A DNA stretch of 60,664 nucleotides from Chloroflexota bacterium (GTDB taxonomy: Bacteria; Chloroflexota; Dehalococcoidia; Lucifugimonadales; UBA3495): positions 1-60,664 of the forward strand of contig JAQBUV010000005.1 of NCBI GenBank assembly GCA_027623815.1, read 5' to 3'. Positions 37,606 to 47,890 of the stretch are shown here, in pieces. Below the pieces are notes generated by a model that was not told the DNA's origin, searched no databases, and saw only the letters and a program-made list of their open reading frames with translations. Within the stretch, counting starts at the first letter, position 1; each line of letters opens with the position of its first letter. The translations under genes and the position numbers were made by a program.

Positions 37606-39990
37606 TTGATTGACGCCCTGGTCTGGTTCACCGCTATTGAGTTTCTGGGACTGCTGGCCTTTCCGCTGGCTTTCCTCCTCTTCAGCAGACTGCCCGACCG
37701 GGGCTACGCCTTCGCCAAACCGCTGGCCCTGGTGCTGGTGTCCTACCTGCTATGGATGCTGGGGCTGACCCAGTTCATCCCCAATTCCCCGGTTACCATC
37801 CTGGCCATTCTGCTGGCAATGCTGGTCATTTCAGGTTGGCTGCTGCGCCGTCATAAAACCGAGATACTCCGATTCCTGCGCTCAGAATGGAAAACGATCC
37901 TGATGGCTGAAGCGGTTTTCCTGGGCTTCTTTGTTTTCTGGCTGTTGATAGTTTCCGACGCTCCCGCCATCAACCACACCGAAAAACCTATGGATTTCGC
38001 GTTCCTGAACGCCATCCTGCAAAGTTCATCCTTCCCGCCGGAAGACCCCTGGCTGGCCGGGCACTCCATCAGCTACTACTACTTCGGTCATTTCATGATG
38101 GCCACTATCACGAAACTGACGGCGGTGCCTTCGCCGGTGGGTTACAACCTGGCGGTGGCCCTGGTGCCGGCATTATTGGCGATGGGAGTTTTTGGGCTGG
38201 TGTACAACTTGATACGGCTCTCCGGCGGCCGGGCCAGAGCAGCGATGAGTTTTGGCCTGGTCGCCACCGCCTTGCTGATTCTGATCGGCAATCTGGAAGG
38301 CACACTTGAACTGGCGAACGCTCAAGGTTGGGGCAACGATGGCTTTTGGCAGTGGGTTGGCATCAAAGGGCTGGAGGGGGCTGCCTCCGCCAGTCCGGGC
38401 GCGTTCCCGGAACAGTCCTGGTGGTGGTGGCGGGCCACGCGGGTAATCGACACCCTGAGCGGCGGCCAAAGCCTGGATTACACCATCACTGAGTTTCCCT
38501 TCTTTTCCTTTATTTTGGGTGACCTGCACCCCCACATGGTAAGTCTGCCCTTCCTGGTGATGTTCCTGGGAGCGTCCCTCAACATTTTCCAGACGCCAGA
38601 GCGGCTTGGCCTGGGCTGGCTGCTGCGGCATCCGTTGGAGTCAGTAATAGTTGCTTTGCTCCTGGGATCGCTGGCCTTCATCAACGCCTGGGACTTTCCG
38701 GTGTTCGCCGCCATCTTGGCGCTGGTGATCTTCGTCAAAGCATACCGGCCAAGCGGGCTAATGTTCGGCAAACAAGTGACCAACCCACTGGCCAGTGCGG
38801 CATCAAATACCCTGGTGACGATGGCCCCTATCGCCGCGATGGCGGTGCTCCTGTTCCTCCCTTTCTATCAAGGGTTCAGCAGTCAGGCGTCTGGAATTCT
38901 ACCCGTCACCGGCCCGGGCACCAGACCGTTTCTATTTTTTCTGGTGATGGGCCTCTTCGCACTGCTGGCAATTACCTTCCTGTTGAAGCAGCTTCCCGGA
39001 GTGAACCGTCCATCTGCGAAACAGGCTCCCATCATCCTGCTGGTGGCGTTGCTTTCAGTAGTCCCGTTGCTGTTGTGGGTATTGAGTGTGGCGGTGGCAG
39101 CCCTGATTACTGGTGACGGTACCGGAATTGCGTCCACAATTGGGGGCCGGATACCGTTGGTTCTACCCGGGTTGATCATCGCAAGCCTGGCCGCATTCAG
39201 CGCGTTGCAGCGAGTCAGCCATAACTCGAATCCCACGACTGCTTTTCCGTTGTTGTTGCTGGCGACATCCTTCTATTTATTGGTGGGCGCAGAGCTGTTT
39301 TTTGTGGTTGACCTCTTTGGAAATCGCATGAACACCGTCTTCAAGGTATACTTTCAGTCTTGGCTTTTGCTGGCGGTGGTTGGCGCTTACGGGTTGTACT
39401 ACTGGCGGGCGCACTGGGATTCCAGCAGCGTAGCTGTGAAGACACTCCAGTATGGTTGGTCGGGAGTGGTAGTGATTCTAGTGGCTGCATCGCTTTACTA
39501 CTCGGTGGGAGCGGTGATCAACCGAACGGGAATAACTTCCAGCAGCTATAGCTTTTCCGGCAAGACGTTGGACGGGCTGGCGTTTCTGAACCGTAGCGAC
39601 CCGGGTGAGTACGAAGCGGTGGTCTGGTTGAGGGATACGGCGGACAAAGGACGCATCGTCGAGGCGGTGGGCGGTGATTATTCCGACTACGGCCGGATTT
39701 CCTCCAGCACCGGATTGCCCACCATCCTGGGGTGGCCAGGGCACGAGCAACAATGGCGGGGGACTAGCAATCTGCATGAGGGGCGGGCCGAGGACGTGGC
39801 GAGCATCTATCAAAGCAACAATGCGGAGGAAGTGCTTCGATTGCTGAGCAAATATGGTGCCAAGTACGTGTATGTAGGGAGTCGTGAGCGCGCCAGCTAC
39901 GGCGGCACCGGAATGACCGATTTCACCAGCTTTATGAGAACCGCCTTTGCAGCCCCGGGCGTAGTAATCTACGAGAGAGCCCAAAATTAG
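37606..39990 (+). CDS. DUF2298 (Chlor_Arch_YYY) polytopic membrane protein, GT-C-like
   Basis: TEKPMDFAFLNA...PPEDPWLAGHSISYYYFG, TEFPFFSFILGDLHPH, RMNTVFKVY, GLPTILGWPGHE; paralog of the C-terminal half of 87-4589. Confidence 0.85.
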   Translation: MIDALVWFTAIEFLGLLAFPLAFLLFSRLPDRGYAFAKPLALVLVSYLLWMLGLTQFIPNSPVTILAILLAMLVISGWLLRRHKTEILRFLRSEWKTILMAEAVFLGFFVFWLLIVSDAPAINHTEKPMDFAFLNAILQSSSFPPEDPWLAGHSISYYYFGHFMMATITKLTAVPSPVGYNLAVALVPALLAMGVFGLVYNLIRLSGGRARAAMSFGLVATALLILIGNLEGTLELANAQGWGNDGFWQWVGIKGLEGAASASPGAFPEQSWWWWRATRVIDTLSGGQSLDYTITEFPFFSFILGDLHPHMVSLPFLVMFLGASLNIFQTPERLGLGWLLRHPLESVIVALLLGSLAFINAWDFPVFAAILALVIFVKAYRPSGLMFGKQVTNPLASAASNTLVTMAPIAAMAVLLFLPFYQGFSSQASGILPVTGPGTRPFLFFLVMGLFALLAITFLLKQLPGVNRPSAKQAPIILLVALLSVVPLLLWVLSVAVAALITGDGTGIASTIGGRIPLVLPGLIIASLAAFSALQRVSHNSNPTTAFPLLLLATSFYLLVGAELFFVVDLFGNRMNTVFKVYFQSWLLLAVVGAYGLYYWRAHWDSSSVAVKTLQYGWSGVVVILVAASLYYSVGAVINRTGITSSSYSFSGKTLDGLAFLNRSDPGEYEAVVWLRDTADKGRIVEAVGGDYSDYGRISSSTGLPTILGWPGHEQQWRGTSNLHEGRAEDVASIYQSNNAEEVLRLLSKYGAKYVYVGSRERASYGGTGMTDFTSFMRTAFAAPGVVIYERAQN

Positions 39991-40090
39991 CCGCGGAGGG
40001 ACCACCGGTAGATTCTCATTGAACCAGACTCGCGCTGGCGTATTTCATATCTGGCGTTGTAAAAACTCTCGGCTCCAGGGGAGTTTCCTC

Positions 40091-40176
40091 CGTCGCTCCG
40101 GCGCAAGCCGGAGTCCAGAAACGGCTCCTGGTTGGTGGCGAAACGCCACAGGATTCCGGCGTTGGCCGGAATTACG
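40091..40176. repeat. REP-like inverted doublet
   Basis: CGTCGCTCCGGCGCAAGCCGGAGTCCAG ... GGATTCCGGCGTTGGCCGGAATTACG with an inner GTGGCG-AAA-CGCCAC hairpin. Confidence 0.6.
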
Positions 40177-40232
40177 CCGTTCAGGACTTCGGCAGATATT
40201 TGAACAAAGGACAGGTTTAGGACTGAAACAAT

Positions 40233-42782
40233 TTGCCCCGCTTACTTAGCAAAAAATATTGGAGAGGCAGAATCGGCTGGCTGGAAGTCAGCTTCTTGAT
40301 ATTGCTGGCCACCGCCCTGGCGATGCGTCTTTGGGAACTGGGCGGACGCGCAATGCACTACGACGAGGCCATCCACCTTCACTACGCCTGGAAATTATCC
40401 AATCTGGAAGAGTACATCCATTCACCCTGGATGCACGGGCCATTCCAGATCGAATTTGTCGCCCTCATTTTTGGCATTTTCGGCGATACTGAATTCACTT
40501 CCAGGATAGGCTACGTTTTGTTCGGGGTTGCCCTGGTCGCGTTGCCCTATTTCCTGCGCCAGCATCTAGGACCGATTGGCTCCTTGTTTACCGCTATTAT
40601 GTTAACTGCGTCGCCCGTACTACTTTACTTCAGTCGATTTGGGCGCAACGACATCATCATGGTTTTTTGGGCCACGGCCCTGCTGGTACTGATGTGGCGG
40701 TACATCCACGAAGAGAAAAACCGATATTTGTACCTGGCATCGGCAATACTGGCCTTCATGTTTGCCACCAAGGAGACCGCCTATTTCATCGTGTTAATTT
40801 TTGGCGCATTAACGTTTTTCCTGGCGATTCCCCAGATAGCGCCAGTATTTTTCGGGCGAGCCAGAGTATCGCAATTGACCGGGCCAGCGGCATTCTTTCT
40901 GCTGATATTTACGCTGACATTGCCCCAATGGTCGGCAGTAGCGGGTCTGTTTCAGAGTTTGGTCGGACTGACCCTGGTCAACCCGGACGGTGTCGCTGGC
41001 GGTATAGTCGGCGCACCGCACTGGGCCGGGCCTATGGTGCTACTGCCGGTGTATTCCCCTCCAGCGTGGCTCCACGCCGTGCCCGCAATGGTTTTGGTCG
41101 TCGGGTTGCTTTGGCTGAGCAAATCCAGCGGATGGTCGGCAAAGTCGCTGTTGCCCAGAGTTGTCGCGCCGTTGGCGGCATCGGCGGCGGTGGTCTTGGC
41201 TATGTACCGGCCTTTGGGCCAAGTAATATCGCCAGAAAACCCTCCCTGGTTAGTTGACATTCCTCTAGCTGGCGCGCTGGTAGTCATCGCCATCGGCATT
41301 TTCTTGATACGACAACACCCCTGGCAAAGGAGTCTGGCACTGATTCTTGGCCCGGCGGCTTCAATATTAATCTATGCCGCCCTGTTCACTCCGGTGGTTA
41401 ACGTAGGCTCTGTGGTACGAAACGTGTTGCCCTCGGGCATCCCGGTGGACACCTCGCTCAATGGAGTTCCGGTCAACTTCATTGTGGCGGGAGGCATCCT
41501 GACGGTTGCCCTGGTAGTCTCCGCAGTGCTGGGTTTGGCCTGGCGGGGAGGAGTCTGGCTGGTCTGCGCCGCTATTTTCTATCTGGAGTGGCTGACCCTG
41601 TATACCACCATCTACACCAACTGGGCCGGGGCGTTCAGCGGGGTCTGGCAGGGTATGGGCTACTGGATTGCCCAGCAGGAAGTCGCCCGGGGCAACCAGC
41701 CCTGGTATTACTACTTTGTCGGACTTTCGGTGTACGAGCTACTGCCGGTGCTGTTCGGCGGTGTTGGGGCTGTCTATTTTCTCAAGAAGGGCGACATCTT
41801 CGGTCTGGCACTGATGTTTTGGGCCGGGCTGAGCCTGCTAGCCTACACCATCGCCAGCGAGAAGATGCCCTGGCTACTGGTGAATATTACCGTGCCCTTC
41901 ATTTTGCTAGCGGGCAAGTACCTCGGCGAACTGTTTGAGCGAGTCCGCTGGCGAGAAGCTCTTGCAAGGGGGACGGTTTTACTGTTGGTTCTGACGCCTG
42001 TGGGAGTAATCGGCGGCGCCTACATCTTGAGGAGTTATGTAGATATCGACGCTGAATTCTCCAGCGTCCAATGGCTGGCCTTAGCTGGCCTGGCCGCTTT
42101 GGCGGTGTTGTGCGCCCTGCTGGTCAGGCTCGGCCGCCCGCAATCGGGGGTGGCGATGATCGGCATTGGCGCTGCGGCACTACTGCTGGCTTTTGGAACC
42201 TGGGCCGCCCTCCGCGCCGCCTATACCTTTGATGACTCCCACCCAGAAATTCTGGCGTACGCTCAGGGCAGCGCCGATCTGCCCCAGACCTACCAGAATC
42301 TAAAGCAAGACGCCCTCCTTTCGACGGCAGAGAATGGCCCGGTCAAGGTGGACTATGACCTTTGGTATCCCTTCCAGTGGTACGTCCGCGATGAGGCCAG
42401 CGACGACGCGTTAAGATTCGCCTGTTTTAAGGACTCGAAGGAGGCCGACTGGAACGACAGTTGCAATCCCGCTTCTGAAATCTCCGACTCGGCTGCCCTC
42501 TTGTTGACCTCGTCCCATATCAGCGACGACTCCCAACTTCTGGACCGCTACGAGAAGTCGGGGCCGATGAGAAATTTGCTCTGGTTTCCCGAAAGCTACC
42601 GCCGACCGGCCGAGAATCGGCAATCGGAAGGCCCGGCTGAAGAGCTGTCCAGGGACTTTGCATTCTTCAGGGACATCGCCAGCAGCCGTGAAGCCTGGCA
42701 GAAGGCCCTCAACTACATTCTGTTCCGAGACCTGGAACGGGACTGGTATAACTCGGAATATTACAGTTATACCCGTAAATGA
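40233..42782 (+). CDS. TIGR03663-family (Agl23-like) GT-C/PMT-type membrane protein
   Basis: RLWELGGRAMHYDEAIH, HGPFQ, LYFSRFGRND, FATKETAY, YWIAQQ..RG.QPWYYY, EKMPWL. Confidence 0.8.
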   Translation: MPRLLSKKYWRGRIGWLEVSFLILLATALAMRLWELGGRAMHYDEAIHLHYAWKLSNLEEYIHSPWMHGPFQIEFVALIFGIFGDTEFTSRIGYVLFGVALVALPYFLRQHLGPIGSLFTAIMLTASPVLLYFSRFGRNDIIMVFWATALLVLMWRYIHEEKNRYLYLASAILAFMFATKETAYFIVLIFGALTFFLAIPQIAPVFFGRARVSQLTGPAAFFLLIFTLTLPQWSAVAGLFQSLVGLTLVNPDGVAGGIVGAPHWAGPMVLLPVYSPPAWLHAVPAMVLVVGLLWLSKSSGWSAKSLLPRVVAPLAASAAVVLAMYRPLGQVISPENPPWLVDIPLAGALVVIAIGIFLIRQHPWQRSLALILGPAASILIYAALFTPVVNVGSVVRNVLPSGIPVDTSLNGVPVNFIVAGGILTVALVVSAVLGLAWRGGVWLVCAAIFYLEWLTLYTTIYTNWAGAFSGVWQGMGYWIAQQEVARGNQPWYYYFVGLSVYELLPVLFGGVGAVYFLKKGDIFGLALMFWAGLSLLAYTIASEKMPWLLVNITVPFILLAGKYLGELFERVRWREALARGTVLLLVLTPVGVIGGAYILRSYVDIDAEFSSVQWLALAGLAALAVLCALLVRLGRPQSGVAMIGIGAAALLLAFGTWAALRAAYTFDDSHPEILAYAQGSADLPQTYQNLKQDALLSTAENGPVKVDYDLWYPFQWYVRDEASDDALRFACFKDSKEADWNDSCNPASEISDSAALLLTSSHISDDSQLLDRYEKSGPMRNLLWFPESYRRPAENRQSEGPAEELSRDFAFFRDIASSREAWQKALNYILFRDLERDWYNSEYYSYTRK

Positions 42783-42854
42783 TGCGCTTTGCCGGGCTAA
42801 GGGGGCAGCGCCTGTGGGATAATATCTGGGTCGAGTAATCAAGGATAGTCTCAA

Positions 42855-43952
42855 TTGAACATTAACAACTGGCGATTGTGGCTGGGCATCGGGATCAGTG
42901 TACTTTTCCTGCTCCTGCTGGCTTACAACGTAGACCTGAATGAAATAGCCACTTCGCTGGCCGAAGCCAATTACCTGTACGCGGTGCCGGCCATCGGACT
43001 CTATTTTGTGGCGGTATACTTTCGCTCAATCCGCTGGCGGTTCCTGTTGTCACCGCTGGCCACGGTGCCGGTCAACCGACTGTATCCAGTGGTGGTGATC
43101 GGCTACATGGCTAACAACCTGATGCCCGCCCGATTGGGGGAACTGGTACGGTCTTACTACCTGGAGCGTCGGGAGAACGTTAGCGGAAGCTCAGCGTTGG
43201 CGACCATCGCCATCGAACGAGTCTACGACGGTGTAACCCTGCTGGCCTTTGCCGCGATATCCGCGCCCATCTTATTGCTGCTGGGCATGTTCGACGGGGC
43301 CAGCGAGGCATACCGCACTACCGCCATCGCTCTGGCCATTGGAGTAGTTGGCCTGTTCCTGACCGCCTTGGCGGTGTTGACCTTCGCCACTTTCCCCTGG
43401 TTCTTGCGCCTGTTGGATTTGGCGTTGAGGGCGGTCCCTTCAGTGATTCGGCCCAAAGCCCGTCATCTGGCGATAAGCTTTATCGGCGGGCTGAGCGTGC
43501 TCAGTTCTCCCCGAAAGCACCTGGCGGTGTTCGCTCTTTCCCTGCCAGTTTGGCTACTGGAAGGGGCAATGTATTTCCTGATCAGCTATTCCTTTGGTAT
43601 TGACAGCTACTTTGACTCTTTTTGGATTCTGTTGCTGGCGATGCTGCTGCTGACCGCCACCTCCAATTTGGCCAGCGCGCTGCCCACCAGCGTCGGCGGT
43701 ATTGGACCCTTTGAGTTGGCCGCCCAACAGACGCTGGTGGTACTAGGCGTAGGGGCGTCGGTAGGCGCGGTTTACGCCGGATTCCTGCATGTGATCGCGC
43801 TATGGCTGCCGGTAAATCTAGTCGGCCTGGTGCTGCTTTGGAAGCAAAATCTCTCGTTGCGGGGACTGGCGGACGCCCCTCCTAAGGCCAGTGCCGAATC
43901 GCCTCGAGGGTATGGCGGCAGACTACCCATTGCCAGCGAGGATACTCCGTGA
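42855..43952 (+). CDS. Flippase-like protein (lysylphosphatidylglycerol synthase TM / AglD2-like family)
   Basis: RSIRWRFLL, GYMANNLMPARLGELVR, ERVYD, LPTSVGGIGPFE. Confidence 0.85.
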   Translation: MNINNWRLWLGIGISVLFLLLLAYNVDLNEIATSLAEANYLYAVPAIGLYFVAVYFRSIRWRFLLSPLATVPVNRLYPVVVIGYMANNLMPARLGELVRSYYLERRENVSGSSALATIAIERVYDGVTLLAFAAISAPILLLLGMFDGASEAYRTTAIALAIGVVGLFLTALAVLTFATFPWFLRLLDLALRAVPSVIRPKARHLAISFIGGLSVLSSPRKHLAVFALSLPVWLLEGAMYFLISYSFGIDSYFDSFWILLLAMLLLTATSNLASALPTSVGGIGPFELAAQQTLVVLGVGASVGAVYAGFLHVIALWLPVNLVGLVLLWKQNLSLRGLADAPPKASAESPRGYGGRLPIASEDTP

Positions 43953-45268
43953 GAGTCGGCATCATTGGCGGAGGCGCGGCGGGTCTGGCCGCCGCTTACG
44001 AACTGACCAAGCAGGGCCATTACGCTGGGGTGTTTGAGCAGGCGCCATTCCTAGGCGGTCAGGCTTCGACCTTCCCGGTAGGCGGCGGCCAGTTGGAACG
44101 AGGCTATCATCATCTCTTTGTCAGCGACACCGACATTGTAGATTTGATTCACGAGATTGGTCTGGGACACCGCATGGCCTGGCTGGAATCCAAGGTGGGC
44201 CTGTACAACAGTGGTCAAATCTGGCGGTTCTCCACCCCGATGGACCTGCTGCGGTTCACGCCGCTCTCTTTGATTCAGCGGTTTAGAGTGGGGTTCTGGA
44301 CTTTCCTAATGCAAAAGACTAAAGACTGGCGGAAGTTTGAAGGTGTCACGGCCAAGGACTGGATTATCAGTCACATGAGTCAGGAAGCATATCAGGTAAT
44401 TTGGGAGCCGCTGCTGCGCGGAAAATTCGGCGAGTATTACGATCAGATCAGCATGACCTGGCTGTGGGGAAAGATATATTTACGGGTGGCCTCCCGGGGG
44501 AAAAGCCTGCAAAAGGAACGTCTGGGCTACCCGATGGGCAGTTTCGGGGAGGTGTTCGACGTACTGGCCCAGCGAATTGAACAACAGGGCGGGAATGTGC
44601 ATATTAAGGCTGGCGTTGAACAGATAACGGTTGAAGACGGCGCGGCCACCGGGTTGAGCGTGCATATTGGTGATGGTGGGACGCAAAGCAAGGATTTTGA
44701 CGCGGTGATCGCCACCACGCCTTCGTATATCTTTCCCAGGCTGGCGCCGTCCCTGCCTCAAGAGTATCTGGATCGCCTTGCCGCCACCAAGTATCTGTCG
44801 GCGGTACTGATCATTCTGGTGCTGGATCGCCCGCTGTCCAGCATGTATTGGATGAACATCGCCGACCCAGACCTGCCCTTCGTGGGAGTTATTGAACACA
44901 CTAACATGATCGACAAATCGCTATACGGAGACAATCACATTGTGTACGTCACCAATTACCTGAGCCGAGAAAGTGAACTGTATCAGATGACCCAGGAAGA
45001 ACTGTTGGCGGCTTACGTCCCGCATCTGAAGAAGATCAATCCTGACTTTGACGAATCATGGATAATTGAATATCACTACCATAAGGTGGACGGAGCCCAG
45101 CCCATTATCGGCCTGAATTACAGCCAGCAGATACCCGATCACCGAACTCCGATCAAGAACCTGTACCTGGCCAATACCACGCAGATTTACCCCGAAGACC
45201 GGGGCACCAATTATTCGGTTCGTATGGGACGGCAGGTGGCGCGGATGGTGTTGGAGGATTTAGGATAG
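43949..45268 (+). CDS. FAD/NAD(P)-dependent oxidoreductase (protoporphyrinogen-oxidase-like family often found in glycosylation loci)
   Basis: IIGGGAAGLAAAY, GGQA, ERGYHH, IEHTN, IYPEDRGTNYSV; GTG overlaps the flippase stop. Confidence 0.82.
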   Translation: MRVGIIGGGAAGLAAAYELTKQGHYAGVFEQAPFLGGQASTFPVGGGQLERGYHHLFVSDTDIVDLIHEIGLGHRMAWLESKVGLYNSGQIWRFSTPMDLLRFTPLSLIQRFRVGFWTFLMQKTKDWRKFEGVTAKDWIISHMSQEAYQVIWEPLLRGKFGEYYDQISMTWLWGKIYLRVASRGKSLQKERLGYPMGSFGEVFDVLAQRIEQQGGNVHIKAGVEQITVEDGAATGLSVHIGDGGTQSKDFDAVIATTPSYIFPRLAPSLPQEYLDRLAATKYLSAVLIILVLDRPLSSMYWMNIADPDLPFVGVIEHTNMIDKSLYGDNHIVYVTNYLSRESELYQMTQEELLAAYVPHLKKINPDFDESWIIEYHYHKVDGAQPIIGLNYSQQIPDHRTPIKNLYLANTTQIYPEDRGTNYSVRMGRQVARMVLEDLG

Positions 45269-45358
45269 GCTGTTCCCAAAATCGACTGTACGAGGTAGAA
45301 TGAACGAGTGGCTTTAGCTGACTAAGCCTGAACTCTATGAAATATTGTGGAGTGGATT

Positions 45359-45565
45359 GTGTCTTCAGATATTAAACCCGACGGGCAGTCTCGACGTAGT
45401 TTCCTGGTCAAGCTGGGCCTGGGTGTCACTGCCTTGGCTGGCGTATCCAGCGGGCTGGTCGGCCTGAGCAAAAAGGAAACGGCGGCTAAAGACCAGGACT
45501 TTCCAGAGGTGGGCTCAATCTTCCACCCGGCACAAGACCCGCGCACCGACCCCCGGCGCGTTTAG
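45359..45565 (+). CDS. Small protein with a twin-arginine (Tat) signal
   Basis: SRRSFLVK followed by a hydrophobic h-region; GTG 45359 after GGAG; 68 aa. Confidence 0.65.
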   Translation: MSSDIKPDGQSRRSFLVKLGLGVTALAGVSSGLVGLSKKETAAKDQDFPEVGSIFHPAQDPRTDPRRV

Positions 45566-45648
45566 TACCCGTATTTAGCAAGGCCATCATTGGGTCAAAC
45601 TCATCTCGTGTAGGGGTGGGCTTTTACTTTTGAGATTCAAGGCCGCTG

Positions 45649-47397
45649 CTAACGACGCCCAAACTCCCGGTCCATTTGGTACTCGCTGAAATGAATCAAC
45701 GTCGGGCGGCCATGGGGACAGGTGTGAGGGTTGTCGGTAACCTCCAATTCTTCCAACAAAGCCCGCATCTCCGGCTCGGTCAGCGACTTTCCCGCCCGAA
45801 TCGCGCTGTGACAGGCAATCGAAGCCGCCAACACGTCGTCATGCTGACGCAGCAACCCCTCAAACGCCACCATGTCCAGAATATCTACCAGCGACTGGGC
45901 TGGGTTCTGAGACGTCATGACGCTGGGCACCGCCCGCAGCAGATAGCTGTTTTCCCCAAAAGCCTCCACCTCAAATCCATACGCAGCGAGAAAGGCCAGA
46001 TTATTGTGAAATGCCTCAGCCTGCCCAGGGGTCAGGTCCACAGTCATTGGCGCCAGTAGCGGCTGGGATTCGGGCGATTGATCCGCCGCTTTCCGCACGA
46101 TTCGGTCAAACAACACTCGCTCGTGGGCGGCATGCTGGTCAACCAGGTACATCCCATCCGGGCCCTCGGCCACAATGTAAGTCAAGCGCACCTGGCCGAC
46201 GACGCGCAGCGCAGGCAGGGCCTGCTGGGGCGTGAATCCCGCCGCCGTCAACGCGCCATACTCATTGCCTTGCTGACCTCCTGCGCCCCTTCCTGAGCTT
46301 CCCGGTCGGTCAAACGCGCTCCGGAAGAAGCTGGGCGACGCCGCACCGTCATTCGCCGATGGCTGACCACTCCCAAACCCGGAGCGGCCCAACACCGGCA
46401 CCGGGGAGTCAGCGATCAAAGCGGCCCGCACTGCCCGCTGTAACGTCGAGTAGACTTTGCTCTCATCAACGAAGCGCACCTCGCGCTTGGCTGGGTGGGA
46501 GTTTACGTCTACGTCGGAGTAGGGCACGGTCAGGTTCAGCGCGGCCAGCGGATAGCGTCGCTCCGGCAACAAGCCGTGATACGCCTCTTCCAGCGCAAAG
46601 GAAAGCATGCGACTCTGAATCCAGCGGCGGTTGATAAAGAAGGTCATGTAGGTGCGGTTGGCCCGGTTCAACCGCGGCGCGCTGACGAATCCATCAACGC
46701 CGTAGCCGCTCTCCGGGTCGTCTTCCTGCACCCGCAGCATTCCTGAGGCGATTTCCGGCCCGTATACCGCCAGCAGCGCCTCCTCCGGCCTGCCGCTGCC
46801 GGGGGTCGCCACCGAGGTGCGTCCCTCCACAACCAGCTGAAACCGGACTCCCGGAAAGGCCAGAGCGTAACGGTCGATCAGTTCTCGGATGCGGGCGGTC
46901 TCAGCGGAGTTGGACTTGAGAAATTTACGGCGGGCGGGCAGGTTGGCAAAAAGATCGCTGACCGTCACCGAAGTGCCCGGGGAGCATCCTTGGGAACCTT
47001 CGCTGACCTTTTGTCCCCATTGATACTGAACCTGCTGGCCGCCACCAGTGTCATGGGGCCGGGTGGTCATAGTCATTTGGGAGACTGCGGCAATACTGGG
47101 AATCGCCTCGCCGCGAAAACCTAAAGTGCCGATGCAGTCCAGTTGTTCTTGGCGAGTCAGTTTGCTGGTGGCGTGGTGCTGAAAAGCCAACGCGACCTGA
47201 TCAGCCGGTATGCCTTCACCATCGTCAATGACCCTTACCTGGTCGACGCCCCCGCCCTTGATCTCGACGGTTATCTGGAAGGCCCCGGCATCAAGAGAGT
47301 TTTCGACCAACTCTTTGACCACCGATACCGGCCTTTCCACCACCTCACCAGCGGCGATCTGGGAGGCCAATTCCGGTTCCAATACTTTGATCGGCAT
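45649..47397 (-). CDS. mutL: DNA mismatch repair protein MutL (endonuclease type)
   Basis: IAAGEVVERP, KELVENSLDAG, GFRGEA, DQHAAHER, ACH, CPHGRP. Confidence 0.97.
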   Translation of the reverse strand: MPIKVLEPELASQIAAGEVVERPVSVVKELVENSLDAGAFQITVEIKGGGVDQVRVIDDGEGIPADQVALAFQHHATSKLTRQEQLDCIGTLGFRGEAIPSIAAVSQMTMTTRPHDTGGGQQVQYQWGQKVSEGSQGCSPGTSVTVSDLFANLPARRKFLKSNSAETARIRELIDRYALAFPGVRFQLVVEGRTSVATPGSGRPEEALLAVYGPEIASGMLRVQEDDPESGYGVDGFVSAPRLNRANRTYMTFFINRRWIQSRMLSFALEEAYHGLLPERRYPLAALNLTVPYSDVDVNSHPAKREVRFVDESKVYSTLQRAVRAALIADSPVPVLGRSGFGSGQPSANDGAASPSFFRSAFDRPGSSGRGAGGQQGNEYGALTAAGFTPQQALPALRVVGQVRLTYIVAEGPDGMYLVDQHAAHERVLFDRIVRKAADQSPESQPLLAPMTVDLTPGQAEAFHNNLAFLAAYGFEVEAFGENSYLLRAVPSVMTSQNPAQSLVDILDMVAFEGLLRQHDDVLAASIACHSAIRAGKSLTEPEMRALLEELEVTDNPHTCPHGRPTLIHFSEYQMDREFGRR

Positions 47398-47449
47398 GGT
47401 GATGTACCGCTTCTCGCCTTTTATGCGGCGAATATATTAGCTGAGATGG

Positions 47450-47890
47450 CTAAAACAGGGGCAATTTGGTGCCTTTCGCCCGGTACTGGCGGTCTTCCGA
47501 CGTACCGTCACGAGAGAAGTCACTGATAATATCGTAAATCCGCCCCATCTGCTGGTCAACACTGCGAGCGAAGAAATAAGGTGGCACCCACACGCCGCCG
47601 AAGGCCGCCACTACTTCCGGATAATCGTCGATGACAAATTCCGGCTCGAAGGGGATCTTCAGTTCTTCCAATCTTTCGTGAAAGTGATGGGTGGGCTTTT
47701 CGTAAACTCCACTGATGTAGGGTTTCAAGCTGTGTTTCTCAATGACTTCCCAGCGCTCGCCCATACCCGACCAGATGTAAATTTCATGCCCATCATCCAG
47801 GAGCTTTTGGAAGGTATCAGTAGTGCCGGGTCTGAGCGAATCATCCAGACCCAGGATGGTGTAGTCAACGTCGAAGAATATTTTCATCAC
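47450..47890 (-). CDS. Small capless HAD-superfamily phosphatase-like protein
   Basis: FFDVDYT (motif I), IWS (II), K (III), VIDD (IV). Confidence 0.7.
   Translation of the reverse strand: MMKIFFDVDYTILGLDDSLRPGTTDTFQKLLDDGHEIYIWSGMGERWEVIEKHSLKPYISGVYEKPTHHFHERLEELKIPFEPEFVIDDYPEVVAAFGGVWVPPYFFARSVDQQMGRIYDIISDFSRDGTSEDRQYRAKGTKLPLF

Noticed and set aside
43949-45268. hemY/hemG protoporphyrinogen oxidase
   Set aside because: Context is a glycosylation cluster with no hem genes, and the C-terminal YPEDRG motif fits an uncharacterised oxidoreductase subgroup
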